Shown one piece after another: positions 42,456-53,841 of a stretch of 64,000 nucleotides of DNA. The notes beneath the pieces were generated by a model. That model made no database searches and was not told where the DNA came from. It worked only from the letters and a program-made list of their open reading frames with translations. The position numbers and the translations under genes are program-made. This DNA is from Pirellulales bacterium (GTDB taxonomy: Bacteria; Planctomycetota; Planctomycetia; Pirellulales; JAICIG01), in contig JBBDYJ010000001.1 of the NCBI GenBank assembly GCA_040901675.1, positions 139,618 through 203,617 on the forward strand. The letters run 5' to 3'. Every line of letters starts with the position of its first letter. Positions within the stretch are counted from its first letter, which is position 1.

Positions 42456-42683
42456 TCAGCGGGGAGGCATCCTGCTGCGTTGATCGGCCATCTCGAGCAG
42501 TTCCTCCGCCCGCCGCATCAGCAATCCGGAATCAGAAAGCGATGCCTGCGACGCCTGTGGATCGCTCGCCATGAACTGGCCGCGGCAGTGCTGGCATGTA
42601 ACCCGCCTGCCAAGGTACTCGACTCGGACGTGCAGGCTTCGACCGCAGGTGGGACATTCTTGGACGAAGTACGTCTTCGACAT
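42456..42683 (-). CDS. Small zinc-ribbon protein (CPTC...CQHC)
   Basis: Strong GAAGGAG RBS; two CxxC pairs. Confidence 0.8.
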   Translation of the reverse strand: MSKTYFVQECPTCGRSLHVRVEYLGRRVTCQHCRGQFMASDPQASQASLSDSGLLMRRAEELLEMADQRSRMPPR

Positions 42684-42978
42684 GGCGGTATCTCCTTCTA
42701 CCGTGGTCCAGCCGCACACCAGACGCCCCAGAGTGTACGAAAGTCAGAAACCGAATTCAATGAAATCCCGTCCATCTTTCCCTCCAGCCGCCAATTTATT
42801 CTGTGCCACACTCGGCAAAGCAGGCGGATTAGGCAAACCGGGAAGAACAAACGGACCCCGTACGAGCCAGTGTTCCGAGCGAAGGGCAAGGCTGTCGCCC
42901 CCTCGCAGTCGGGGATCGCGGCGCCCCGAGCGTTGGGCGCTGGCAGATCTCCCGCAGCGGAGGGTGACAGAAAAAAGC

Positions 42979-43290
42979 TCAGCGCGTCCTTACGATCCGC
43001 ACGTGCTGGACGCCGTTGTCGACCATCCACTGCAGCCAGTTCTCATGCTCTTCGCTCAGTTCGACTTGGGCCTGGTTCTCGCTGTCCAAGGGCGATACGA
43101 CGTGCATAACCCCTTCATCCAGCCATATCCGGGCGCTGTCGCAACGGATCCAGTACTCGCCCTCGGGCAGGCTGGGGATGCCGTCCTCTCCCGGAATGCT
43201 CATGAAATAGGCAATCTCCGTGCGAAAACGGTCCGACATTGTGAAGGGGGCCAACTCTGGCCTGGTCACTGCGTAAACAAGTGTCGCCAT
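42979..43290 (-). CDS. Hypothetical protein
   Basis: MATLVYAV...SPLDSENQAQVELSEEHENWLQW; globular composition; start uncertain. Confidence 0.65.
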   Translation of the reverse strand: MATLVYAVTRPELAPFTMSDRFRTEIAYFMSIPGEDGIPSLPEGEYWIRCDSARIWLDEGVMHVVSPLDSENQAQVELSEEHENWLQWMVDNGVQHVRIVRTR

Positions 43291-43486
43291 GATGGGTAAC
43301 CGCCGGGTGCCGTGGGGGTCGCCGGGACGTTTTCGAAAGTGCCTCGCCCCCCAGACAGTTAACGTAGCAAGCGGCCAGGGGTTATCCAAATCGAGCGTGC
43401 TGCTGCCGGTCGAGCGCACCGGGCCGCTGACGTATGCTTGAATAGGATTCCCGTCGAGCACACCGAACCAGAGGGAGAGGCCCGTC

Positions 43487-44200
43487 ATGCAAGGTCAAAC
43501 GTCAATCGGCGATCCAGCCGAGATCGGGACACCGTCGATGGTGGCGAGCAAGCGGGCATCGTTTGCCGGCGGTCGAGCGGCATGGATGGCGCTGTGCGCC
43601 TGCGTCGTGGCGCTGTTCGCGCCGGCGAGCCGGGCGGAAGATGCCCAAAAGGCTGACGGCAAACTCCCGGAGTTTTCGGTGGTGGTCAAGAACGTCGAGA
43701 GCCACTTTGCCGCGAACGCCAACTACCGCCATGGCGACATCATCTCGCGGCGTGACGTGACTGCGCTGTTCGAAGCCTTGGAAGAATTGGGTTGGGAGGT
43801 GGCGGATCGCAAAGCAATCGAGGAACGGGTGCCTCTTGACGGCGAGTTCCTGGTGACCCAACTGCGGACCCGCGCGGGACGGAAGTTCATGGCCCAGATA
43901 GCCGCGATGCCGCAGGGTTACGATCGCGTCGACCGGTTGTCCGCCCTTTCGGATGGGAAGCAAATCGTCCAGGAGCTCATCACCGGCCCCGACGGCTACA
44001 AAATGTTCGAATACATGACCAGCAGCGAGGGAGGGCGCGAGATTGGCCGGATGTTGTCGCGGACCGCCAAACGCAAGAACTTCAATGAGCCGACCGGCCG
44101 CATCTATACCGCGGCCCAGTTGATCGCCCGGCTCAAAGAGAGCTACGCCTCCGCCCAGGAGCCTGAGAAGCCGGCCAGGTCCAGGGCCGCTTCGCGTTAA
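43487..44200 (+). CDS. Hypothetical exported protein (start may lie downstream)
   Basis: Signal-like WMALCACVVALFAPASRA|ED; typical codon usage. Confidence 0.7.
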   Translation: MQGQTSIGDPAEIGTPSMVASKRASFAGGRAAWMALCACVVALFAPASRAEDAQKADGKLPEFSVVVKNVESHFAANANYRHGDIISRRDVTALFEALEELGWEVADRKAIEERVPLDGEFLVTQLRTRAGRKFMAQIAAMPQGYDRVDRLSALSDGKQIVQELITGPDGYKMFEYMTSSEGGREIGRMLSRTAKRKNFNEPTGRIYTAAQLIARLKESYASAQEPEKPARSRAASR

Positions 44201-44225
44201 CTCACCGCCGCTCAGTGCGAGCCCC

Positions 44226-44909
44226 TCATCGCAGCCGCCGGGCCGATTCGATCAGCACCGTTTCCACCGGCAGCTTGTCGAACCCGGCCGTGCCGTGAAC
44301 CTCGATGCGCTCCAGCTTGTCGAGCACCTCCAGGCCCTCCACCACCTCGCCGAACACGCAAAAGCCATATTCATCCGGGCCTTCGCCCCGGTGATCGAGC
44401 CCCGGGTTATCGGCCAGGTTGATGAAAAACTGGCATGTCGAGCTGTCGATGGCGTCAAGCTGTCGGGCCATGGCGATCGTTCCACGCAGATTCTTGCGCC
44501 CGTTAGCGGCCTCGTTCGGGATCGGGTACCGGCCCGGCTTTTCGGCCAGCTCGGGCGTGTAGGCGCCTCCCAGAGCAACGTAACCGGCATCCACATGATG
44601 GACGATGGTGTTGTTGTAGTGCCCGCCTTCCGCGTAGTTCAGAAAATTAGTCACAGTCCGCGGCGCCCGCTGGGCGTCCAGCTCGATGATGATTTCGCCC
44701 AGCGTTGTCCGTAGCGTCACTTGCGGGTTATTTCGCCTGCGAGGTGCCCTCGGGCTCGACAGGCTGTTCGCCGCCGCGGCCGCGTCGTCATCGACGGGCG
44801 ATTCCGTCTTGGGCCCTTCGCTGCTGCAGCCGGCCGCGGCCAGCGCGATCGACAAGGAAAACGCCCAAATCAGTTTGAGGCGGTGTGCCATCGGTGTAGT
44901 AGCCTCCAT
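44226..44909 (-). CDS. Cyclophilin-type peptidyl-prolyl isomerase, lipoprotein
   Basis: Lipobox LAAAGC; APRTVTNF, RGTIAMAR, QFFIN, VFGEVVEG. Confidence 0.92.
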   Translation of the reverse strand: MEATTPMAHRLKLIWAFSLSIALAAAGCSSEGPKTESPVDDDAAAAANSLSSPRAPRRRNNPQVTLRTTLGEIIIELDAQRAPRTVTNFLNYAEGGHYNNTIVHHVDAGYVALGGAYTPELAEKPGRYPIPNEAANGRKNLRGTIAMARQLDAIDSSTCQFFINLADNPGLDHRGEGPDEYGFCVFGEVVEGLEVLDKLERIEVHGTAGFDKLPVETVLIESARRLR

Positions 44910-45082
44910 GCTGGGTCGAAACCGGCCCTTGGCACGTCAGACCGGGGCCGGGAGTGGGTCGTGTACTCGCCCGGCCGCGGTTCGTGGGGCGCGGGGCGGC
45001 TATCATCGGCGGTTTGGCCATTCTCCGCAAGCTCGGTTGTCGCAGCCGGGCAAGCTGGCGAAACAGGAAGAATAGTCAAATG

Positions 45083-45134
45083 GCAGTAAATGTGCGTTTT
45101 GTTAGAATGCAATAAATGTGCGTGTTGTTAGAAT
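45083..45134. repeat. 26-bp AT-rich direct repeat x2, each ending in an extended -10-like TGTTAGAAT
   Basis: GCAGTAAATGTGCGTTTTGTTAGAAT / GCAATAAATGTGCGTGTTGTTAGAAT, 24/26 identical. Confidence 0.9.
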
Positions 45135-45140
45135 AAGGAC

Positions 45141-46070
45141 ATGTTGAGCCGCTGGTACTCGATTTCCGTGCTGGTTTTCTGGATCGCCACCATGAGCTGG
45201 CTGATCCAGCGAAAGGTGCTGCCCCCCTTGATCGTCGGCGAGCCGCCGACGTATCGGACCATCCTCGCCGACACACGCTCTGCCGCCGCCGTGGGCTGGA
45301 CAATCTCCATGGAGGACCAGCCGCTGGGAGTTGCGACCAGCACACTGCGCCGGCTCGACGACGGCTCCAGCCAAATCCACAGCCAGATGCGCCTGACGCG
45401 GCTGCCGCTGGCCGAGTTGACGCCCGGCTGGATGAAGTCGCTGCTGCGGCTGCTCGACGTCGACGCGCGGCTGACGGACCGCACGCTGGCTCTCGATGCC
45501 GACAGCCGGTTGGAAATCGATCCACTGGGCCGGCCGGTCGCGTTCAATTCCAAGGCCACGTTCACCGAGCAGAGGCCACGCCAGTCGCTGCACGATGACG
45601 CCGTATCGGGCTTCGACGTGGTAATGCAGGGAGTCGTCGATGGCCGCTACATGAAGGTCAAGCTAAGATCCGGCGATTTCTTCTACAACAGCGACGTCTT
45701 CCTGCCCACCAACGCCTTGATGAGCGACGTGTTCTCGCCCCAATCTCAGTTGCCCGGCCTCCGCGTGGGCCAGACCTGGACGGTGCCGGTCTATAGTCCG
45801 CTGGGGCCGCCCGGCAGTCCGATGGAAATCCTGCAGGCCACGGTCGAGCGCGACGAGCCGCTGGTATGGAACGGCCAGGTCGTGTCTACAAGGCTGGTCG
45901 TCTTCCGAGGAAACCCTGGCTCGGGGTTGACAAGTGATCAGGCTCCGAAGGCCAGGGCCTGGGTCGATCGGGACGGCAATGTATTGAGACAAGAGTTGGT
46001 TCTGTTATCGGCCAGGCTTTCGTTTGAGCGGATGCCGGATGACCAGGTGCCCCCGCGGGCTGCCAGGTAA
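45141..46070 (+). CDS. Hypothetical membrane-anchored protein, first gene of ABC operon
   Basis: N-terminal TM helix, beta-rich body; AAGGA RBS. Confidence 0.75.
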   Translation: MLSRWYSISVLVFWIATMSWLIQRKVLPPLIVGEPPTYRTILADTRSAAAVGWTISMEDQPLGVATSTLRRLDDGSSQIHSQMRLTRLPLAELTPGWMKSLLRLLDVDARLTDRTLALDADSRLEIDPLGRPVAFNSKATFTEQRPRQSLHDDAVSGFDVVMQGVVDGRYMKVKLRSGDFFYNSDVFLPTNALMSDVFSPQSQLPGLRVGQTWTVPVYSPLGPPGSPMEILQATVERDEPLVWNGQVVSTRLVVFRGNPGSGLTSDQAPKARAWVDRDGNVLRQELVLLSARLSFERMPDDQVPPRAAR

Positions 46071-46097
46071 GGCTTTGATGGCGCGCTGCATGCCCGC

Positions 46098-46844
46098 ATG
46101 ATCGAGTTCGAAAACGTCACCCGGACTTATGGAGAAAAAGTGGCGGTGGCGGGGTTGAACCTGACCGTGCCCGCCGGCGAGCTCTTCGCTTTTCTAGGTC
46201 CCAACGGCGCGGGCAAAACGACCACCATCAAGATGCTGGTCGGCTTGTTGCGGCCGTCGGCCGGCCACGTCCGGCTGGGAGGCCACGACCTGGTCAGCGA
46301 CAGCCGCAGTGCCTGCCGGCTGCTCGGATACGTGCCCGACGTGCCCTTTCTGTACGACAAGCTGACCGGGCGGGAGTTCCTGCACTTCGTGGCGGGCATG
46401 CACGGGCTGGACGATACGGCCGACCAGCGCGTAGCCCGCGAATCGGCCCATTTCGAGCTGGGCGACTTCATCGATGAACTGACCGAGACGTACTCGCACG
46501 GCATGAAGCAGCGGCTGGTCTTCGCCGCCGCCTTGCTGCACGACCCCGCCGTGCTGGTGATCGACGAGCCGATGGTCGGCCTCGACCCGCGCAGCGCGCG
46601 GATGATGAAAAACCTGCTGCGGTCCAAGGCGGCCGGAGGCACCGCGGTATTCATGTCGACGCACCTGTTGGACGTGGCCGAGGAAATCGCGGATCGGATC
46701 GGCATCGTCGATCACGGCAGGCTCCGCTGCGTCGGCACACTCGAACAACTCCGCGGCGAGCTGGCCCTGCGGCATACCTCGCTCGAACAGCTTTTTCTGG
46801 ACGTTACCGCGGCCAGTGGAAATGGGGAAAGACCAACGCAATAG
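46098..46844 (+). CDS. ABC transporter ATP-binding protein
   Basis: [26 protein letters not shown]. Confidence 0.95.
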   Translation: MIEFENVTRTYGEKVAVAGLNLTVPAGELFAFLGPNGAGKTTTIKMLVGLLRPSAGHVRLGGHDLVSDSRSACRLLGYVPDVPFLYDKLTGREFLHFVAGMHGLDDTADQRVARESAHFELGDFIDELTETYSHGMKQRLVFAAALLHDPAVLVIDEPMVGLDPRSARMMKNLLRSKAAGGTAVFMSTHLLDVAEEIADRIGIVDHGRLRCVGTLEQLRGELALRHTSLEQLFLDVTAASGNGERPTQ

Positions 46845-46852
46845 GGGACGGC

Positions 46853-48637
46853 ATGCCGGAGACTGCCGATCGAGTCGACGCCATTGCCGCGAGGCCGCTC
46901 GCGCCTTGGCAGGAAGCGCGCGTGTTCTGGCGGCTGCGCCGGCGCCTGATCGTTAACTTGCTGCGGCAGTCGCTGGATCAGGCGCGGCTCCGTGTTTCAC
47001 TGGTCGTCCTGTTGACCGGGCTCTTATGGGTGGGGCTGTTCGCGCTGTTCGCCGAGGGGTTCCAGTTTCTCAAGTCGGCCATCCCCGAGCCCGTCACCCA
47101 CGACGAGATGGTCCGGGCCGTGTTTCACATCTTCTTTGCATCCCTGATGCTGATGCTGGTCGTTTCGACCGGCATCATCCTGTACGGCGGCCTGTACCGC
47201 TCCGCCGAGGCCCGATTCCTGTTGACCATGCCGGTCCGGTCCCAGCGCGTGTTCCTGCACAAGTTCCAGGAAGCTGTCTTGTTCAGCAGTTGGGGCTTCC
47301 TGCTGCTGGGCAGCCCAATGTTCGTCGCTTACGGAGTGGTGGAAGATGCCCGCTGGTTCTATTTCGCCATGCTTTGCCCCTACATGCTGGGCTTTGTTTA
47401 CATCCCGGCCGGCCTGGGCGCGCTGGGCGTGCTGACCCTCGTCCGCTGGCTCCCCCAGGCGCGGCGGCAACTCGTCTGGGCGGCCCTCGCGGCCGGCGGC
47501 TTGGGACTGGCAATCATCGGCTGGTCGCTGGGATACGGGCTGGAAAGCGACCTGTTCACTCCCGACTGGTTCCAGGAGATGCTCGCGCGGCTGCGATTCA
47601 GCGAAAGCCCCCTCTTGCCAAGCTGGTGGCTCAGTTCCGGTTTGCTGGAGGCCGCCCGCGCCGGGTCTCGAGGGCCGGCGGCCCGCAGTGCCCTGGCGGA
47701 AAGCTCCATGTTCCTGGCCCTCACCATTTCCAACGCGCTGCTGATTCAACAAGCCGCCTTATGGGCGGCCGAACGGATCTACCGGGCCGGATACAACAGC
47801 TTGCACGGCGAGCGCACCAGCCGGCGCCGGATCAAGACGGCCTGGATCGACCGCGCTTTGTTCCGGGCCCTGTTCCCGCTCACGCGTCCGATGCGGCTCT
47901 TGGTGGTCAAGGACCTGCGGTTGTTCCGGCGCGATCCGGTGCAATGGCTGCAAGTGCTGATCTTCTTCGGGCTCTTGGCCCTCTACTTCCTGAACATCCG
48001 CCGGCTGCGCTACGACGTGAACTACATCAGTTGGGTCAACATGATCAGCTTCTTGAACCTGGCCGTGGTCGGCCTGATCCTCTCGACGTTTACGACCCGC
48101 TTCGTATTCCCGATGATCAGTCTCGAAGGCCGCAGGTTCTGGATCCTGGGCCTGTTGCCCGTGCGCCGCGAGACCGTGCTGTGGAGCAAGTTCCTGTTTG
48201 CCGCCGCCGGATCGGTGGTGCCCACCTCGCTGTTGATTCTGCTCAGCGACGTGATGCTGCGGGTGCCCGCCCTGGTGATCGCGGTGCACATGCTGGCCTG
48301 TTTGCTCTTATGCTGCGGCCTGTCGGGCATCGCGGTCGGGCTGGGGGCCACGATGCCCAACCTGCGCGAGGATTCTCCTTCGCGGATTGCAGCCGGCTTC
48401 GGCGGCACGCTGAACCTGGTCGTCAGCACCGTCTACATCCTGGCGGTCGTGGCGCTCACGGCCGTGCCCTGCCACTTCTATCTGGCCGAGGGCCAAGGTC
48501 TGGGCATCCTTTGGCCGAGCGCCCGCATTCAAAACTGGCTGGTGCTCGGCACATCGCTGAGCGTGCTGTTGGGCTTCCTGGTGACCATCGTCCCCCTCTG
48601 GCTCGGCTTCCGCGCCTTCCGCCGCATGGAGTTCTAA
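46853..48637 (+). CDS. ABC-2-type exporter permease (about 12 or more TM)
   Basis: Many TM segments; KDLRLFRRDP and SLEGRRFW motifs; follows the ATPase. Confidence 0.85.
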   Translation: MPETADRVDAIAARPLAPWQEARVFWRLRRRLIVNLLRQSLDQARLRVSLVVLLTGLLWVGLFALFAEGFQFLKSAIPEPVTHDEMVRAVFHIFFASLMLMLVVSTGIILYGGLYRSAEARFLLTMPVRSQRVFLHKFQEAVLFSSWGFLLLGSPMFVAYGVVEDARWFYFAMLCPYMLGFVYIPAGLGALGVLTLVRWLPQARRQLVWAALAAGGLGLAIIGWSLGYGLESDLFTPDWFQEMLARLRFSESPLLPSWWLSSGLLEAARAGSRGPAARSALAESSMFLALTISNALLIQQAALWAAERIYRAGYNSLHGERTSRRRIKTAWIDRALFRALFPLTRPMRLLVVKDLRLFRRDPVQWLQVLIFFGLLALYFLNIRRLRYDVNYISWVNMISFLNLAVVGLILSTFTTRFVFPMISLEGRRFWILGLLPVRRETVLWSKFLFAAAGSVVPTSLLILLSDVMLRVPALVIAVHMLACLLLCCGLSGIAVGLGATMPNLREDSPSRIAAGFGGTLNLVVSTVYILAVVALTAVPCHFYLAEGQGLGILWPSARIQNWLVLGTSLSVLLGFLVTIVPLWLGFRAFRRMEF

Positions 48638-48775
48638 CTAGAGGCCCCACCGGTTATTGCCTGGGCCCAATTACGGTTGGCTCCCCGAGGCGGTGGCCCG
48701 GCAGGGACCTCGTCGCTACAATGTGGCCGACGGGCCAAAACGGCAAAACAGACAGTGAAGCGGGAGCGAACGGGC

Positions 48776-49559
48776 ATGGAATCTCGGCCGACGATCCGGG
48801 TCGGTGCGGTCAATTACCTGAATACCAGGCCGCTGGTCCATGGGTTGACCGAACTGGCCCCCCGGATCAAGCTGGTGCTGGACCTGCCCAGCCGGCTGGC
48901 CGACTCGCTGGCGGCCGGCAGCCTGGACGTGGCGCTGATTCCCTCGATCGAGTATTTCCAGAACCCAGGCTATCGCATCGTGTCGGATGCCTGCATCGCC
49001 TGCCGGGGGCCGGTCCTGTCGGTCAAGTTGTTCAGCCGCGTTGCACCACAGCGGATCCGGACGCTGGCGCTCGACGAAGGCTCGCGGACCAGCGCTGCCC
49101 TGGCCCGCATCCTCCTGTCGGAGCGGTTCGGCCTCGAGCCGCGGCTGGAGGCGCTGCCCATTGGCTCCTCGCTCTCGGAGACCCGAGCCGACGCGGTGCT
49201 GTTGATCGGCGACCGGGCCATCCACGCGCCCGGCGGCCCTTTCGCCGAGGTGTGGGATCTCGGCGACGAGTGGTGCCGCTGGGCCGAGCTCCCCTTCGTG
49301 TTTGCCATGTGGACGGCCCGGCCCGGCGTGGAGCTGGAAGGTTTGGACGAGGCGCTGACGCGGGCCCGCGACCAGGGGCTGGAGCAACTGGCCCAGATCG
49401 CCCGCGCGGAGGCGGCCCCACTGGGGTTGTCGCAACCGCAGTGCCTCTCGTACCTCCGCGATAACCTGCATTTTTACCTGGGCCCGCGCGAGTTGCGTGG
49501 GTTGGAGCTGTTTTACCGGCTGGCCAGCCGCATGAACCTGGCGCCGGCGGGAGTGGAAC

Positions 49560-49588
<29 letters not shown>
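48776..49588 (+). CDS. mqnA: Chorismate dehydratase (futalosine menaquinone pathway)
   Basis: VNYLNTRPL, SRTSAAL, LLIGDRA, DLG.EW....LPFVFA.W; adjacent to mqnC. Confidence 0.92.
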
Positions 49589-50648
<1,060 letters not shown>

Positions 50649-50801
50649 CGCCGCCACCCGGTCCGCGCAACTGGGAGACGCATTGGCATCCGGGACACCG
50701 GTGCCTTTCACCCTGGGACTACCCGACCCCCCCCTCTTTTATCGCCAAACTGATAAGCTAGGCTCTGGTAGTACGCGCACCACGGAAGCGGCGGCAGCCT
50801 C

Positions 50802-51572
50802 ATGATTCACGTCCAGAACCTCATCAAGGAATATGCCGACCTGCGGCGAGGCAAGCTGGTGGCGCTGGGCGGTATCAGTTTTGACGCTTATCCGGGTCAG
50901 ATCTACGGCCTGCTGGGACCCAACGGCGCCGGCAAAACCACGGCCCTGCGGATCATCAGCACGGTGCTGCGGCCCACGTCCGGCTCGGTGACGGTCAACG
51001 GATGCGACGTGGTGACACAGCCTTCGCAGGTCCGCCGGCAGATCGGCTTCATGTCGGCCAACACGGGCGTCTACGACCGGATGACCGCCTGGGAGATGGT
51101 CGATTACTTCGGCCGGCTGTATTCCATCCCGGAAGACAGGCTGCACGAGCGGATGGAACGCGTGTTCGACCGGCTGCAGATGAACGAGTTCCGCGACTTG
51201 CTGGGCGCCAAGATGTCGACCGGCATGAAACAGAAGGTATCGATCGCCCGGGCCATCGTCCACGACCCACCGGTCCTGATCTTCGATGAGGCCACGTCGG
51301 GGCTCGACGTGCTGGTGGCCCGGGCCTTGTTGAAGACCGTGGCCGAGCTGCGCGAGCAAGGCAAGTGCATCCTGTTCTCGACGCACATCATGCGCGAGGC
51401 GGAGAAGCTCTGCGACCGCCTGGCCATCGTGCACCGGGGCCAGATGCTGGCGGAGGGCACGCTGGGCGATCTGGCCGACCGCTACGAAGAACGCGACCTG
51501 GAAGAACTGTTCTTTCGCCTGATCTCGAGCCACGACGAGCGGCACGCGCGCGCCGCGGCCTCGGCAATTTGA
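50802..51572 (+). CDS. ABC transporter ATPase, NatA-like
   Basis: [39 protein letters not shown]. Confidence 0.9.
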   Translation: MIHVQNLIKEYADLRRGKLVALGGISFDAYPGQIYGLLGPNGAGKTTALRIISTVLRPTSGSVTVNGCDVVTQPSQVRRQIGFMSANTGVYDRMTAWEMVDYFGRLYSIPEDRLHERMERVFDRLQMNEFRDLLGAKMSTGMKQKVSIARAIVHDPPVLIFDEATSGLDVLVARALLKTVAELREQGKCILFSTHIMREAEKLCDRLAIVHRGQMLAEGTLGDLADRYEERDLEELFFRLISSHDERHARAAASAI

Positions 51573-51603
51573 AGCACCCCGTTGCCCGCCGCCAGGGCGC
51601 ACC

Positions 51604-53814
51604 ATGAACTGGACGAACGTCAAACTGATCTTCTCGCGTGAAGTGCGGGACCAGTTGCGCGATCGGCGCACGTTGTTCATGATCGCCGTTCTGCCGTTGT
51701 TGTTGTACCCGCTGTTGGGCATGAGCATGTTCCAGGTGCTGCAGTTCGTGACCGAACATGCCACCAAGGTGCTGGTGATCGGGGCGGATGAGCTGCCCGA
51801 GTCCCCGGCGCTTCTCGACGCAGACCGCTTTGCAACCCGCTGGTTCAAGGATCCCGGCAACGACCGCTTGCTGGAGCTGACCATTGAACCGGGATCCCGT
51901 TCGGACCGCATTGCCACGGCCCGCGCCGAGCGGGCATTGGCACAAGGCGAGTTCGAGGCCGTGGTCTTTTTTCCGCCCGACTTCGCCGACCGTCTGTCGG
52001 CCTTCCGCAGAAGCCTCACCGAGCCGCGAACGGCCGAGGGCGCCGAGCGGGAGCAGGCGGCCGAGCAGATCCCCAGTCCCAGCATCTTTTACAACACGGC
52101 CAAGGAGAAATCGCAGATCACCTTTGCCCGCGTCTCGCAGGTGCTGGAGCGTTGGACCCAGGAAATCGGCCGGCAGAACCTGGCCGACAGCCACCTGCCC
52201 GAGTCGGCCGCCAGGCCCTTCGAGCTCTCGGAGCACGACGTGGCCGAGGCCGGGCACCGCGACGCCGCCGTGTGGTCGAAACTGCTCCCGTTTCTGCTGG
52301 TGATCTGGGCCCTGACAGGCGCCTTCTACCCGGCCGTCGACTTGTGCGCCGGCGAAAAAGAGCGCGGCACGCTGGAGACCTTGCTCAGCAGCCCCGCCGA
52401 GCGGATCGAGATCGTCTGGGGCAAGCTCTTGACCGTGATGCTGTTCAGCATGGTCACGGCCATATTGAACCTGGTGAGCATGGGGATCACCGGCGCCTTT
52501 GTGATGAACGTGCTGCCCGAGTTGGGCCGCCCCCCCGCACTGACACCGCTCTGGCTGTTGATCGCGCTGGTGCCCATGTCGGCCTTGTTCAGTGCACTGT
52601 GCATTGCGCTGGCCGCCTTTGCCCGCAGCACCAAGGAAGGGCAGTACTACCTGATGCCGCTGGTGCTGGTCACCATGCCGCTGGTGGTGCTGCCGATGGC
52701 GCCGGGCGTGGAACTGACGCTGGGCAACAGCCTGATCCCCGTCACGGGCGTGGTGCTCTTGTTGCGGGCCATGGTCGAAGGCAACTACTGGCAGGCTCTG
52801 CCTTTCGTGCCTCCCGTGGCCGCCGTCACGCTGGCCTGCTGCCTGTGGGCGGTCCGCTGGGCGGTGGACCAGTTCAATGCCGAGAGCGTCTTGTTCCACG
52901 AAAGCGAGCGGCTCGACTTCGGACTATGGCTCAAGCATCTGATGCGCGATCGCGAGGCGACGCCCAGCGCTTCGGAGGCCTTGTTCTGCGGCGTGCTGAT
53001 CCTGTTGATCAAGTTCTTCATGAACCTGGCGGTCCCCCAACCGGGCTCGTTCGCCGACCTGGCGGTCGTGACCCTTGTTTCCCAACTGGTCGTGGTGGCA
53101 ACGCCGGCCCTGTTGATGACCGTCATGCTGACCCGCAGCCCCCGGCAGACGCTGCTGCTGCGGATGCCTCCCATCTGGTCGCTTCCCGCGGCAGCCGTGT
53201 TGGCGCTGGTGCTGCACCCGGCCGTGGTGCAACTGGGCGAGCTGGTGCAATGGCTCTACCCGGTGAAAAGCGAAGTCTATGAATCGGTGGCGGCCCTGTT
53301 CGCCCAGGCGCCTTCGCTCTGGCAGTTGCTGCTCTTGGTGGCAGTCATGCCGGCCATCTGCGAGGAGCTGGCATTCCGCGGCTTCATGCTGTCCGGACTG
53401 CGGCGCACGGGGCACAAATGGCGGGCCATCGCCTTGAGCAGCTTCTTTTTCGGGCTGACGCACGGCCTTCTGCAGCAGTCGATCGTGGCTTGCGTCGTCG
53501 GCCTGTTGATCGGTTACCTGGTCGTGCAGAGCGGCAGCCTGCTGACAGGCATCGTTTTTCACCTGGTTCACAATGGGCTGGCCGTCGCCAGCGGTCCGCT
53601 CAGCGAGGCGTATCCGGCGGAAAGCCCGCTGGTTTCATGGCTGGTGCGCCCAGGGGCCGAGGGCGGCTACGACTTCCAGTGGCCGGCGGTGCTGGTCGGG
53701 CTGGCGATCGCCGCCCTGCTCGTCAACCGCTTCCGGGGCCAGCACTATGCCAAGACGGCCGAAGAGGCCTTGCAGGAGGCGATCGATCACCAGAGCGCCC
53801 ATGTCCCGGCGTAA
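51604..53814 (+). CDS. NatB-like ABC permease fused to CPBP (CAAX/Abi) intramembrane metalloprotease
   Basis: RDRRTL, AGEKERGTLETLL; C-terminal EELAFRG, FGLTH, HLVHN. Confidence 0.88.
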   Translation: MNWTNVKLIFSREVRDQLRDRRTLFMIAVLPLLLYPLLGMSMFQVLQFVTEHATKVLVIGADELPESPALLDADRFATRWFKDPGNDRLLELTIEPGSRSDRIATARAERALAQGEFEAVVFFPPDFADRLSAFRRSLTEPRTAEGAEREQAAEQIPSPSIFYNTAKEKSQITFARVSQVLERWTQEIGRQNLADSHLPESAARPFELSEHDVAEAGHRDAAVWSKLLPFLLVIWALTGAFYPAVDLCAGEKERGTLETLLSSPAERIEIVWGKLLTVMLFSMVTAILNLVSMGITGAFVMNVLPELGRPPALTPLWLLIALVPMSALFSALCIALAAFARSTKEGQYYLMPLVLVTMPLVVLPMAPGVELTLGNSLIPVTGVVLLLRAMVEGNYWQALPFVPPVAAVTLACCLWAVRWAVDQFNAESVLFHESERLDFGLWLKHLMRDREATPSASEALFCGVLILLIKFFMNLAVPQPGSFADLAVVTLVSQLVVVATPALLMTVMLTRSPRQTLLLRMPPIWSLPAAAVLALVLHPAVVQLGELVQWLYPVKSEVYESVAALFAQAPSLWQLLLLVAVMPAICEELAFRGFMLSGLRRTGHKWRAIALSSFFFGLTHGLLQQSIVACVVGLLIGYLVVQSGSLLTGIVFHLVHNGLAVASGPLSEAYPAESPLVSWLVRPGAEGGYDFQWPAVLVGLAIAALLVNRFRGQHYAKTAEEALQEAIDHQSAHVPA

Positions 53815-53841
53815 TTGTTACCTGGAGCTGCGCCGATAGCC

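Noticed and set aside
42684..42978. Riboswitch or sigma54 promoter in the long intergenic region (GGCAAACC, TGGCAC seen)
   Set aside because: Lacks the rest of the c-di-GMP-I consensus and the -12 TTGC element at the correct spacing.
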